Of a stretch of DNA of 64,000 nt, positions 13,803 to 28,942 are shown piece by piece. The notes below the pieces were generated by a model. It saw only the letters and a list, made by a program, of their open reading frames with translations. It had not been told where the DNA came from and did not search any database. This stretch comes from the human T2T-CHM13v2.0 reference genome, Homo sapiens: NCBI RefSeq assembly GCF_009914755.1, contig NC_060927.1, one strand, 5' to 3'. A program made the position numbers and the translations under genes. Each line of letters opens with the position of its first letter. Within the stretch, counting starts at the first letter, position 1.

Positions 13803-14399
13803 GTTTAGATAAGTATAAACACGTTAAGCATTTAGTGAGAAGCTATTTTATGTGATATTCTTTGGTAATAAGGTTGTAACATGTTTAATAACCTGGTCTT
13901 TGGACACAAACACATTTGGGTTCAAAACTCATTTTCGTCACAAGCATTATAAAATTACAAAAATTAATTAGCTGTCTAAACATAACCCCATCTGTCACAT
14001 AGTCACATTTACTTAACTGGGTTATGTTTCTAAGACGTGATATTATAGGTATAGAACATGTTCCTGAGGTTGGCAGATATTTAAGTGCCAATAAATATTT
14101 TATATTACATTCATGCATAGATGCTGGGGTATAACAATATTTCACTAGACTGTAGAGACATACATACAGATCCAGTCAATAAAACAGTACAAAGTGTATT
14201 AAATTAAATATGGGGTAGATAATAGTAATAAAAGAAGTCACAGCTGATATTTAGCTGTGTATTTGAGTCCTTAAATGAGGTTAAAATTGCTTAATAATTG
14301 TTGGAAAAAAATGCTAAAATTTTGACTTTAAAAAAATTCCTAATATTATAGTAAAAACAATAAGGTATATAATTCTGATTTAACAATAATTCAAGTTTT

Positions 14400-14695
14400 T
14401 TTAAATTTTATTATTATTATACTTTAAGTTTTAGGGTACATGTGCACGACGTGCAGGTTTGTTACATATGTATACATGTGCCATGCTGGTATGCTGCACC
14501 CATTAACTCATCATTTAGCATTAGGTATATCTCCTAATGCTATCCCTCCCCCCTCCCCCCACCCTACAACAGTCCCCGGTGTGTGATGTTCCCCTTCCTG
14601 TGTCCATGTGTTCTCATTGTTCAATTCCCACCTATGAGTGAGAACATGCGGTGTTTGGTTTTTTGTCCTTGCGATAGTTTGCTGAGAATGATGGT
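14400..14695 (-). mobile_element. Young 5'-truncated L1PA (about PA2-PA4) 3' end, ~300 bp
   Basis: TTATACTTTAAGTTTTAGGGTACATGTGCAC...GAGAATGATGGT; TSD TTCAAGTTTT at 14390-14399 and 14696-14705. Confidence 0.95.
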
Positions 14696-14786
14696 TTCAA
14701 GTTTTAAGTCCATATACATTTTATTTAATTGGAAAACTAAAATTTAAAGTATTTAATTTAAATTTTTATTGCTCAAGACGTACAAT

Positions 14787-15139
<353 letters not shown>

Positions 15140-16739
15140 TTAAAACTCAAATCATCTTTCCTCTTATGATTAGAAATCATTTCAGACACTTTTCAAGGAG
15201 GATTCTATTTGAACTAGACAGTGCTGATTGGTGATTTGGTACATATTCTTCTCTAATTCAAAGGCCACAGTCCACTTATTCAAATTTTGGCATTATTCAT
15301 GTCAAAGTAAATTTTGTACAGCCTCACATGAAGTAAAAAATTGACAGTGTCCAATAACTTTTCCTAGTTTATAATATGTTTAGGCTTACAGAAAAAGTAT
15401 TCACTTTCATAATGAAAATATATGAAATTATTTTGACTAAACTATCTAAAATATCAAGACTTAAGAGAACAATGTAAATAACTCTCTATTTTTTCCTGCA
15501 ACAGAGAGTTATTAAATGTTTTTCACCATTTTGATACTTATTATTCTACAACCATGAAAGCCAAATCAGGCTATTTCAAACTTACTTATATGAAGCATTT
15601 TTGTTAGTAGAAAGCTTCTTATCCCTCTGCTTGGGAATATAAATAATGTAGAGATTTTTTGGTTGTTGTTCTCAAATGCCAACTTAAAAAGCTACATATC
15701 CTCTTTTGCTCTCAAGTGTTTTATATCATATATTAAAGAATTCTTCTCTTGAAGACATTATAAAAGTATTTGTTATAGTATAAATCCAGTTCAGAAAAAA
15801 TATACTTGAGCAACTTCTAAGAAGAAAATACGTGATTTAGACATTGAGTCTGAAATATTACTCTGACAATATTTGTATTCTAAAAAGTGATATGTTTGCC
15901 TAAGGAAAGTTCTATTCAATTTTTGTTTGAGTAATAACATTTTAATTTTACTAAAAATTCTTAATTCTAAGCAATTCTTAAAGTTCTTTTGAGCACAGAT
16001 ATGATATAGAAAGATTATTCCAATTATATTTAGTAGGATAGATTACATTTTGAGAGATATCAGAGATAGCAAACAATTTCAAAACAAATTACACAATAGA
16101 TTAAGTTAGTGGAGGTAGAAAATGGAGAAGCATTGATGGACAGAAGAGAAAAGTAGTTTTGAATTTCTCAGGGTACAGTGTTATGTCATTGTTAAAATTA
16201 TCTTGGAGGAAGATAGGCCTGAATTCAGGGCCTTGCTTTTTATTTACTCATTATGAGAACATTGTAATGCTTTTATCTGAGACCAAGAACTAGTTATATA
16301 ACCTACCTCATAAACATAGGAAAATGAAATGAGATACAGTGTGACAAGCAACTTGTACAATGTCTTTTAGGGGCTGGTAGTCGAGATAGTAATAGAATAT
16401 CTAATGACATATTAATTGAATGGAAGAAGAAAAAGAAAAATATAAATTGAATGTGATTGAAGTTGCAATTCTGTGATTCAGCCATTAAAAGAAACAGAAA
16501 AAGCTGGATGTGAAGGGAGTGATAAAGCAAAGAGCTAAACATAAGGCTAAAAATCTACTCTTATTCCTCTAACACCTTGCATTATTAGTTCTTACAATAT
16601 TTTGACTATCTTTAATTGGACTTTGGTTATTCATCCTAATTAACTAATAAGCTATTTATTCTAAAACACGATTGTTTTTATTTAACACTAGGAATGCTTT
16701 GTCTCATATTTACTACCATAAAGAGCAGTTGGCTTGTTC

Positions 16740-17030
16740 CTGTCCACACAGGTTTACTTGTCATTCATTGCCTTCTGCTTTATTGATTAAATGACTTTTT
16801 GCGAATTTGTATTCAGTCCAGCACCTCCGTTTCTAAAAGATAGGGCCTAGAAAAATGATGCAGTTTCTGGGGCCAAATAGATTGTGGCACAGCTGATGCT
16901 TTGTTCAAAATCTATACCGACTGAAATAACTGGATCAATCATGTGGCTATCTGCATTGATTCATAAGGCTGCTGACAATTTGAATCAGCTGTCATTTTGC
17001 ATAGAAAACTGTTGCCAAAATCTATATGAT
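16740..17030. promoter_or_regulatory. Candidate developmental enhancer (PBX/HOX + MEIS + E-box + SOX motif cluster)
   Basis: ATCAATCA 16934-16941, TGATTCAT 16957-16964, TGACA 16973-16977, CTGTCA 16989-16994, two CAGCTG; non-repetitive context. Confidence 0.35.
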
Positions 17031-19087
17031 TAAAATCAACTTTCTTTTAAATAGATGGTAAATAGAACACAAAAGACAAATCAGAGAAGGAAAAGTATAA
17101 CATCTACCAACTGGAAAACTAATGCCACTATTTCATCAACATTACTATTCATACTAAACATATTTTCATTGCTAAGCCTATGGCACTATACAAGAAAGTT
17201 GAATATAATAAATATCAAAGAATAGTTTTGAAGATATGGAGATAGCTAACAGTCATAATGAAAGATATTTAGAATGTATAGCTCTATGGAAAATACATAG
17301 TGAAATATATACAGACAGGAGTTATCAATTATAAAACCTTAACTCTTTAACATTTTTAAAAACAAACCTAATTGTGCCTGTGTCTTTTTTGTTTACTAAT
17401 ATCAAGCACATATTCTTTCTAAAACATGTAAATTTATGTCTCAATTCTAGTGTCCAGGGAATAATTTTTCTATTCCATAAGACTATAAAGTCCAAAACAA
17501 AAATCTTCAGAAAACTGTTTCATGTCTTGCTTCTCACTATTGTTTGTTTAGCTATGAGAAATAATAATATATTTATCATAGAATTTTAAGAAGAGTTTAG
17601 TATGTTTCATAACTTTAGGTATCTCAAAAGTGTTTTGTGAGCAGTAGGACTAATGTAATATTGTTTATTTTTATTCAGGATGTATTAATTTCTTTTCATC
17701 ATTCACAGCATAATATCTACCTCTGAGAGTAGCAACTTGAGCTCAAAATATGTACTTTATTTCCAGCAAAAACATCTTTAAAATAATTACATATTTCAAT
17801 AAACAATATAAACTCTTTTCTTCCATTTTGTTAACTTATCTCTAATTATGAAATTAAAATAATCAAATTCTAAATATTTTATTTAAATATTAAAAAAGTT
17901 TTCACAAGTGAATGTTTCAGATGTTTGTCTCAAAAATGCTGTTTAAAAACTTTTCAGTCATATAATCATCAATATTTTAATTTTAAGCAAAGGAAATTAA
18001 AACCACCATTACTATAATTCAAACTTATATATAGAAGTCACATATCATTCATATCTTACAGATTTTATTAAATTCTAATTTAAAAATTTGAAATGTTTAA
18101 TGTACCAATAAATTAGTGGGAATACATAAAAGACAATTTTGGTATACAATATTAACTAAATACTTAATTTTCAATTTCTATTTAAATTTGTGTATATTTT
18201 ACTTATTTTTCTCATTGAACTGAATTCAATGGGTATTTTCCAAATGTAAAATTATATCTTCAAGAAAACGAATCATGGGTGCTTCATAGACATCTTCCTA
18301 TTAATTTATTTCCTTAAAAATTCAACATATTAGAGATTAAATATATTATTTACAATACTCACTTTTGATCAATGTTTTTAACCTTAAAATTTTTAACTTT
18401 AAGAAAAAAAACTCTTAAAATATTTATATTTCTAATTACAGATTATATATGACTATCACTAAAGGTTAATTTAATTTATGTAGCTGAAAATAAATTAACA
18501 TAAAGCATAGAAGAGAGTATGAGAGGGCAACTTACTCCTTGTTTCTAAAACTGGCAAAGTGTGAAGGTCACAGCTTATATATTAATATATTCTATTATGT
18601 CATCTGTTGTAAACAAAGAATATTAAATACTCTTATTCATTTTCTTCTAATGAGCATATATTACTAAGGTGTCTAATGAATAGATAAAACATCTTTTTTC
18701 ATTAAATATTTATTAAAATAATATTCTCTACGCTCACCAATTAAGGGACAATTTATTCCAAAAAGATAGCAGGGCAAACGCCAAAGAGACTGACTTCATT
18801 CGCTTATAAGCCTCTGGCTATCAAATCGATAATATTCCCTCCTGTTCTTTATTGGATAAATAAAAATAAAATAAAATACAATGTAAACCAAAGGAAGTTA
18901 TTTAAAGCTAAATTGAATGCAAAAATTTTTATTGAATTCCATATTAAATTCAAAATCTTTAGTGATTTACTGAAAAGTGTCTATTTGCATTAAAGGCTCT
19001 ATTCCTTTCTCTTAAATGTGTGTAAAAAAGAGTCTAATAATTCATTTATATCAAAATGCTTGACAACTCCAAAATATTAAACAGTTT

Positions 19088-19158
19088 TTCACTCTCTCTT
19101 CCTGTCTCTTTCTCTCTCTCTCTGTCTCTCTCACGCACACACACTCATGCGCATACAC
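19088..19158. repeat. Compound (CT)n/(CA)n microsatellite
   Basis: Direct reading. Confidence 0.8.
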
Positions 19159-19616
19159 GGATTTAACTATGCACAGTAGATGAGTAGAATTATTTAAATT
19201 AAAGCAGATAATTTCTGTGTAGTTGTTCTACAAAATTACAAAGATTGTTATCAATAATAATACATCGGAGGTAAGGATTTACTATAATAAGCATAAGTAA
19301 CAGTTATAGGTACATAGATATAAATATACATAAAAATTATGGGTAAATTATACATGATGATAATGAAGGTAAATAGATAATAGATTTTTATGTTTATATT
19401 CTTTAGAAACTGTTTACTGTTTTATAATTTGAGTTTAATTTATGTTCATAATTGATTCCACCACAAGTATTTATCAATTGTTTCTCTTTCTTAATGTTTT
19501 CTGGGAGAAAAAGCAAATACCCTTTCTTTCTTTTCTAAATAAACTGACAAAGCAATACACGTTTATGGAAAAATGTTTATAGGGAAGGATTTCAGTTTTT
19601 CTTCAAAGCAGGAAAT

Positions 19617-19635
19617 GGGTGCCCTCTGCTGTCGA
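19617..19635 (-). promoter_or_regulatory. Candidate CTCF motif
   Basis: Minus strand TCGACAGCAGAGGGCACCC, a good match to the CTCF core in an otherwise very AT-rich unique region. Confidence 0.45.
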
Positions 19636-21532
19636 TTTGTAGGTTATTTTAGCCAGTATGATTCTGCTACATGTGAAAATATTCAAAAGTGTAAAAACCT
19701 ATTATTATATTATTTATAATATATCATATATAAATATGATATATTGTATTACACATTCTATGCAAATAGAATATGTTGTATTATATATAAATAATATTTA
19801 ATGTATAAAGTTGATAATTTTTCAAAATCAAGATTTGGTTCAGTTACATGAAAGATGAATTAGCTGAGGAGTTGGAAGAGGGGATTATTAATTGTTTGTA
19901 AGTATTTATACAATAGAAAGCAAAGACGACAAAAGCCCAAAGCTTTTAAATGAATAAAAAGCAAAGAATTGAGTTTCAGGTGAATATTTTTAAAAAAATA
20001 ATTATTCAATGTTTCACTACCATCTGCACCATCAATAATACATAGCACATGGAGTATTTTTTCTGAGTAGTTTATTAGAATAATACAAAAGAATATCACA
20101 AGAGTTAATTGATATTTATTCTTTTCTACTTTTTCCTCATTCTCTCTCAATCGCGCAGAAATGCTTTTTTTAAAAAAGCAATGTGAATGTTATGCAATAA
20201 ATTATAAATGTAAGGAAAACCTTCTCATCATTTAATTTTCAGATTGTATAACATACGTTCAGGTCTTTTATTTGATTTAAATATTATAAATTAGGAAGTT
20301 TAATATATAACAAACCAAAAAAACTCCCATTTAATGAACATAATTATAACAAAGTATTTAAATACATTTAAAACTATCCTCCTCCTGAAATTACTCACAT
20401 TTTTTAAACACTTGAGTATTTACTTAATAGTTATTTATTATCTATCTATAAGGCAGTTACTCTAATAAACCTAAGAATAAAGCCATGAGTTAGGCAAGGA
20501 TCCTGGTGTCAAAAAGCATGTGTTACTATAATATGGTTTAGTTATACTACCTAAAATATCACCAGTCATTATATGTGAAAATATAGAGTATTTTTTAAAA
20601 AGTACATACATACCAAAATCTTATTTCTCAACCCAAATATTAGCTCCACTCCATGTTGAAATTCACTGCAGGTGTAGATATATTGAGATATATGTTATGT
20701 GTGTATGCGTGTATATATATGTGTTGGGGCGGGGGAAAGATAAAGCGAGAGAAAGACAGAGACAGAAAGCAACTGAGAAAGAAACAGAGAGAGATTCCGA
20801 TACATAATTTCTGAATATAACTTTTTACCAATAATTCATAAATTCAAAAAAAGACAATATATTTATTATCGCAGTGCTTATCCACAAAATTAAATATAAT
20901 CTCTTTCAAATGTTTTATTTATATACAAGTTAGAAAGAAATGTTCTCCTCTTAATTGATCTCAAATAATTTGCCATGCTTTCTAATAATTAGACATAACA
21001 GACATCTTTAATAAATTACTCATTTTTGAGGTATAAATTTTCTGAATCTTTTTTAACCAATAAGAAACTACGTTTCAAACTATAGTCTCCTTTTTCTTAA
21101 TGTCCTAAGAAAGATGCCCTCAAATTTCACTGCCCATTTACTCTGATGTACTTTAGCCCCGAGGTACATAAAATCCATTACATCATGATTTGATGCAGTG
21201 AAAAATTCATTAAAGAAATATGAACTCTGAATAAAAGTATTTCAAACAAGAATTATTTTAAATAAATAATTGTGTGGCAGAGAAGTGAATTTAATTTTTC
21301 TAATAAGATAACAGAGAGTGATCCATCAGTGGAAAGATGATAGACTACTAGTAAAGAGACGTATACTTCAAGAGTATCAATTAGTGACAACCAAAAATGA
21401 CTGTATCATACATATAAATAAAAATAATTTAAAAGAAAAACACATTCAAATGATGTTGCAATATACCTGTGGACCCAAAATTTTGTTTTGATAGGGATTT
21501 CACAATTTTCAATGGGTTCTCTGAGAAAAGAG

Positions 21533-24087
<2,555 letters not shown>

Positions 24088-24088
24088 A

Positions 24089-24395
<307 letters not shown>

Positions 24396-25379
24396 TATTT
24401 TGTATTAATATGTTGTGTAACTTCTTTTGGGAGGCATATTCTGTATTTAACTTTTTCATATTGTTTGATGTAGTCACATTTATATAGTTTATGGTGTATA
24501 TTAATAAATTAGTTTTTCCTTTTTAAGTTTCTGTTCTAAGTTGTCATTCAACTACCTTCTGATACTTACATATGCTTTATTCCTTAAACATTAATCATAA
24601 AGTACAGGAATAAAAAGAATTAATTTTGACATTTGTCATTTATTATTATTACAAAATAAGTATCCTTTAAGGAAATATTAATATTAACTAATGCAAGATC
24701 TCATGCTGTTACATTACTGCCATAGACAGCTATATAGTCATTACTTTCTATGGCAGTAGGAGTTAAAAGTAGAATGCTGTTCAAATTACTATTCTTGTAC
24801 AAATTTTCTTTAAAAAGCCAGCGTATAATGGCTTAAACAGTATTAGGTTTCATATAAAAAAGGAATAAGAAATGCTTAATATGTCAACTCAACAATCTCA
24901 TAGATGCACAATTATTTCCAAATATGACGAGCATTCAGGCCCCTTCAGTAGTTTTCCCTCTCAGGTTATACTTTGACCAGACTTAGCATCTCCAGCAATC
25001 TGGTATTGGTATGTCTGGTGATCAAGGTTACTACCTATGAATTCCTATCAGTCAAAATGTTAAATATTGCAACCTAGAGAGTGAGGCAGTATCATTGGGA
25101 AGCAGAGAACCTCTCTTTACTCTCTTTAGCTGTTGTATAAGTGCAAGATAAAGACCAATAACGTTTTGCATAAGTGTTAATACAAGCTGTTTCAGTCCAG
25201 CCTCCTTGTGCTCTGGCCTCAGTGCCTTAACTTACTGCCTCCGGCCCTACTCCTCTATTTATGTGTCCTGAAATTAACTAGCTTGCTAATTGGTTGTAGG
25301 TCCCAAAGGTCGAGAGCTATGAAAAACTGTATATACAAATTTGCCATCCTTAGTAATATAATGATGTTCTTAAGATCCT

Positions 25380-25570
25380 GAGACTACAGTCTTTCAGCTT
25401 CAGAGGACTAGCTTTAGTTTCTTTTAGTAGTAGTTATAACTAAAATTTTAACCTCTCTGAGTGTCAGTTTCCATCTTTGTAAACTTAGGAATTGCTCTGT
25501 AATTCACTGATATAGTTTATCTAAAGTTCCTGACACAAAATAAGCCATGATATATGTTAGCTATTATTAA
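25380..25570 (+). mobile_element. MIR
   Basis: TTAACCTCTCTGAGTGTCAGTTTCC...GTTCCTGACACA...ATGTTAGCTATTATT. Confidence 0.65.
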
Positions 25571-25791
25571 TTATTGTTTTTCTTATTGGCTTTACATTTG
25601 ACTACTGAAAAGTCTTGTATTTTGGGATATATAGCAAAATAAATGAGGATACTTGGAGTTATCTATACAAATGGGTTCTAAGGGTTTTTTGTATAATAGA
25701 TTTTTAAAAGTATAACAACTTAAAATTCATAGAAATTTGGAGGTGTATAGAAGAAATTCAAGTAAAAATAAATAACTTACCTTGGTTTATG

Positions 25792-26161
25792 ATAATATAT
25801 ACATATGTATATTATATACTATATATACATTATATATGTATATATGTATATATAATGTATACATACTATATATTATACTATATATACAATATATAATATA
25901 TAATATGAAAAGTTAAATACACATACATATATACATACTATGTGTACACTATATATAATATATAGTACGTATATAGAGTATATAATATATGTATACATAA
26001 TATATACATACTGAATATTATATATTGTGTATATATAGTATATAATATACTGTATATATAATATATACATAATATATATTATATATAGGGTACCTATGGT
26101 ATGTGTATATGTATGTGTATTTAACTTTTTATATTATATATTATATATGTATATATAGTAT
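25792..26161. repeat. (TA)n-rich degenerate tract containing a ~90-bp-arm inverted repeat
   Basis: Arms 25875-25964 and 26073-26161 are reverse complements with about 6 mismatches and 1 indel. Confidence 0.9.
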
Positions 26162-26371
26162 CAGAAAACTTTACCTCTAAACTATCATATCACAAAACTG
26201 TTCTATGCCTGGGATGTTGAGTGGTGGAAAATAATCTTTCCAACTCGGCATCACAATTTGTCCTCTAGTTTCTGAAGCATTACTCCTGAATCCAGAATCT
26301 CATAATATTTAATTAATATATCAGCTTCTTTTGGTCCTAACAGGTTTGTAGAAACACGTCAGATTTTCCAA

Positions 26372-26770
26372 CACTTATTCATTCATTCAACAAGTATCTG
26401 TAATGTTTTTAAGTCTTTTATATGCTCTGATTAAGCAATGGTAAGCAAAACACAACTACAAGACTCTCAATTGTTACAGAGATAGCTATCCAGAGACGAA
26501 AAACAAATGTTAAATAATAATCCTTAAATAACTGTTTATTCTCTCCCAGTCAGTTCAACAGATATGTATTCATTTCATTCAACACACATTTATTTGGCTC
26601 CTGCTCCATGTGTTGCCCATAGAGATAAGATTAAAACAAAAAGCCTCCACCAAACTGGAGCTTAAACTCTAGTGAAAAAGACAATAATAAACAAATTCAC
26701 AAATAAATATGTAACATCGTAGGTGACAAATTACACGGAAAAGATAAATACGCTAAGGAAGGTAGAAAAT
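26372..26770 (-). mobile_element. L2 3' fragments
   Basis: Two ATTCATTCATTCAACA-type termini (~26375, ~26567); GGAGCTTAAACTCTAGTGAAAAAGACA. Confidence 0.6.
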
Positions 26771-28495
26771 GTAAGTGGTTTGTAATTGCTAAATTAATTC
26801 GTATTAAATATGAATAAGGTAATATTTTTATAAGTGCTATAAATAAAAACATGGGTATCTTAAAAGACAGAAGAAAATGACAAAGAGGATTTACTCATGG
26901 TGGAGAAACTAGTCTGTTTCATCCATTAACATGTAGACTTTGGATCTCTGCCAGCCATTGTTAATCATTGATCTCTGTGGCTAGATTTCTTAAACATACA
27001 CAGAAGTTCAATAACTTTTGATGCCATGAGGAATTGTGTGGACTAAGCACTAGGTAGACATTTGTGTGCAGCACGATTAGCTAGGTAATGTAAGTCTGCA
27101 GACCTTCACTTCTCCAGTGATTATTTCTTGCCTAACCTGTTTCAGTCCTAACCTGTTTGACTACATTGAGGTACTTCCTCTTGTGTTCCAACTCTGCCCC
27201 TCTGGCATGTCTTACTGTAGCTTGGCAGCCAGATTACGGTCCTCTTTTGGCTATCTTATTTCTCTTTTGAACTTATATATCTGAACTCAATTTCTAACTG
27301 CTTATTTGGTTTTACATTAGTTTCTCTTAATGCAGCTCTGGTTCTATCCTTAACAAATGCACGTTTATTTAGTAACAATAAATATTGTCCATTTGATCAT
27401 TAATATGAACGGACTTACATTCTGTGGTCATAAAATGTCCAGAGTTTTATCTACATTGGTTGAAGAGGCCAACTGATCTTCCATCTCATCTAATTATTTG
27501 CATTTATTTAACATTATATCCTATTCCATATCTGCTTGAGTCTGTATTCATCAGTTAAATTCCGAGACATACAGTCCCTGACCATCCAGAAAGATCCTAT
27601 GCTCCAGCTGCATTTTTCACAAAATTCTATTTGTCTTCATTGCAGTACATTACAATTACTATATTCCAATTTAAAAGCAGGAAAAATTATGCACCCAGTA
27701 TGTGATAGATAATTGTTTAAATTAATAAATGGATAAATCAAGGTGCAGAAAAAAATGGACTCCCTCCAAAATTATTTCTTTTGTAGTTTGAAATGTTATT
27801 TTAAATGACGTATTCCAGCATTAAAATATTCCCACTCAGAACAGTCCTTTCTCCATATGTCTTACTACTTAGTATACCTATGTGCTGTATTAATAATACT
27901 TTAGCAACCAAATAGCAGAATGTGAGGATATGCCCTGCCTGGGAATATAAGCTTAGCTGTCCATCCAGAAAGGACATACAAGTTGGAAGAGTATCACTAC
28001 TACATTTTGACTTTTAATCAACTGCCCTCACATTACCTGCACCATATTCTGTCTTCTTACCGTATATGGCATCTGTCTGCTTAAGCAAGAGTGGAGAAGA
28101 TATTTTCTGTATGTTGTCACTGTTAGAAAGAACAAGTCATAGCTGCATGGAGCAAAGGTGAGGATTCGGGATTCTAACTGGTGTCCAAACAAACTTTCAA
28201 TCAATCTTCTTGTTTTCATATCTTCTCTCTTTACAAGTATTTAGGAGTTTCACTGGCAGAAACATTCTATTATTCTATGTGTAAATACACTTGCCTTGTG
28301 TTGCATCTCTAGGCAAGCAATTAGCTTTCAACTTTGTTTTCCCTACTAAAGTATCACTGTAAAGCAGACTCAGTAATTACGGATCCCAAGAGAGGACTCT
28401 CACTGCATGGAGAATAGCAAAGGTGATTATTACGCCAAGTACCAGAAACTGAAGTCTATATAATGATTCCCACTGCATCCTGGGCTACTGCTTAT

Positions 28496-28942
28496 GTCCA
28501 TCATGCACTAGTTACCTATTTATCTGAGTCCAGTGTGACAGAATTCACTCACATACAAGTTATGTGAATCAGGTTTAATACTGACTGATAAGCTGAAAGG
28601 CACAGAAGACTGGATCAATTATGAGCAGATTCCCCAAGGCTTAAGAAACAGTACAGAGAAGAAAAAGTCTTGACTGTGTGTGCCCCATTTTGCACGACAG
28701 TTGAGGGACTCTGAAAGGCAGTTCACCCCTTTCAGAGGTTATATAATTCAGAGACTATGTGACTTATGGGGCAAAACTTTGAAGGACATCCTGCTTCTAG
28801 GGGAGAGAGAACAAAGCCCAGGCTGTCCTTCCTAATTCAAAATATTGCATTTCCAGCATGTTCTACAGTTATTCTTGAGATCTATAAGCAAGAAAGAGAG
28901 GAGAACTAGGTCATCCCAAGGCCATCTAGGGAAATGTCCTGC
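28496..28942 (-). mobile_element. Old ERVL-class solo LTR (LTR47-like)
   Basis: Reverse complement begins GCAGGACATTTCCCTAGATGGCCTTGG...CTCAAGAATAACTGTAGAACATGCTGGAAATGCAA; family name from memory. Confidence 0.6.

Noticed and set aside
25873-26070. 65-aa Tyr/Ile-rich ORF
   Set aside because: Translation of TA microsatellite
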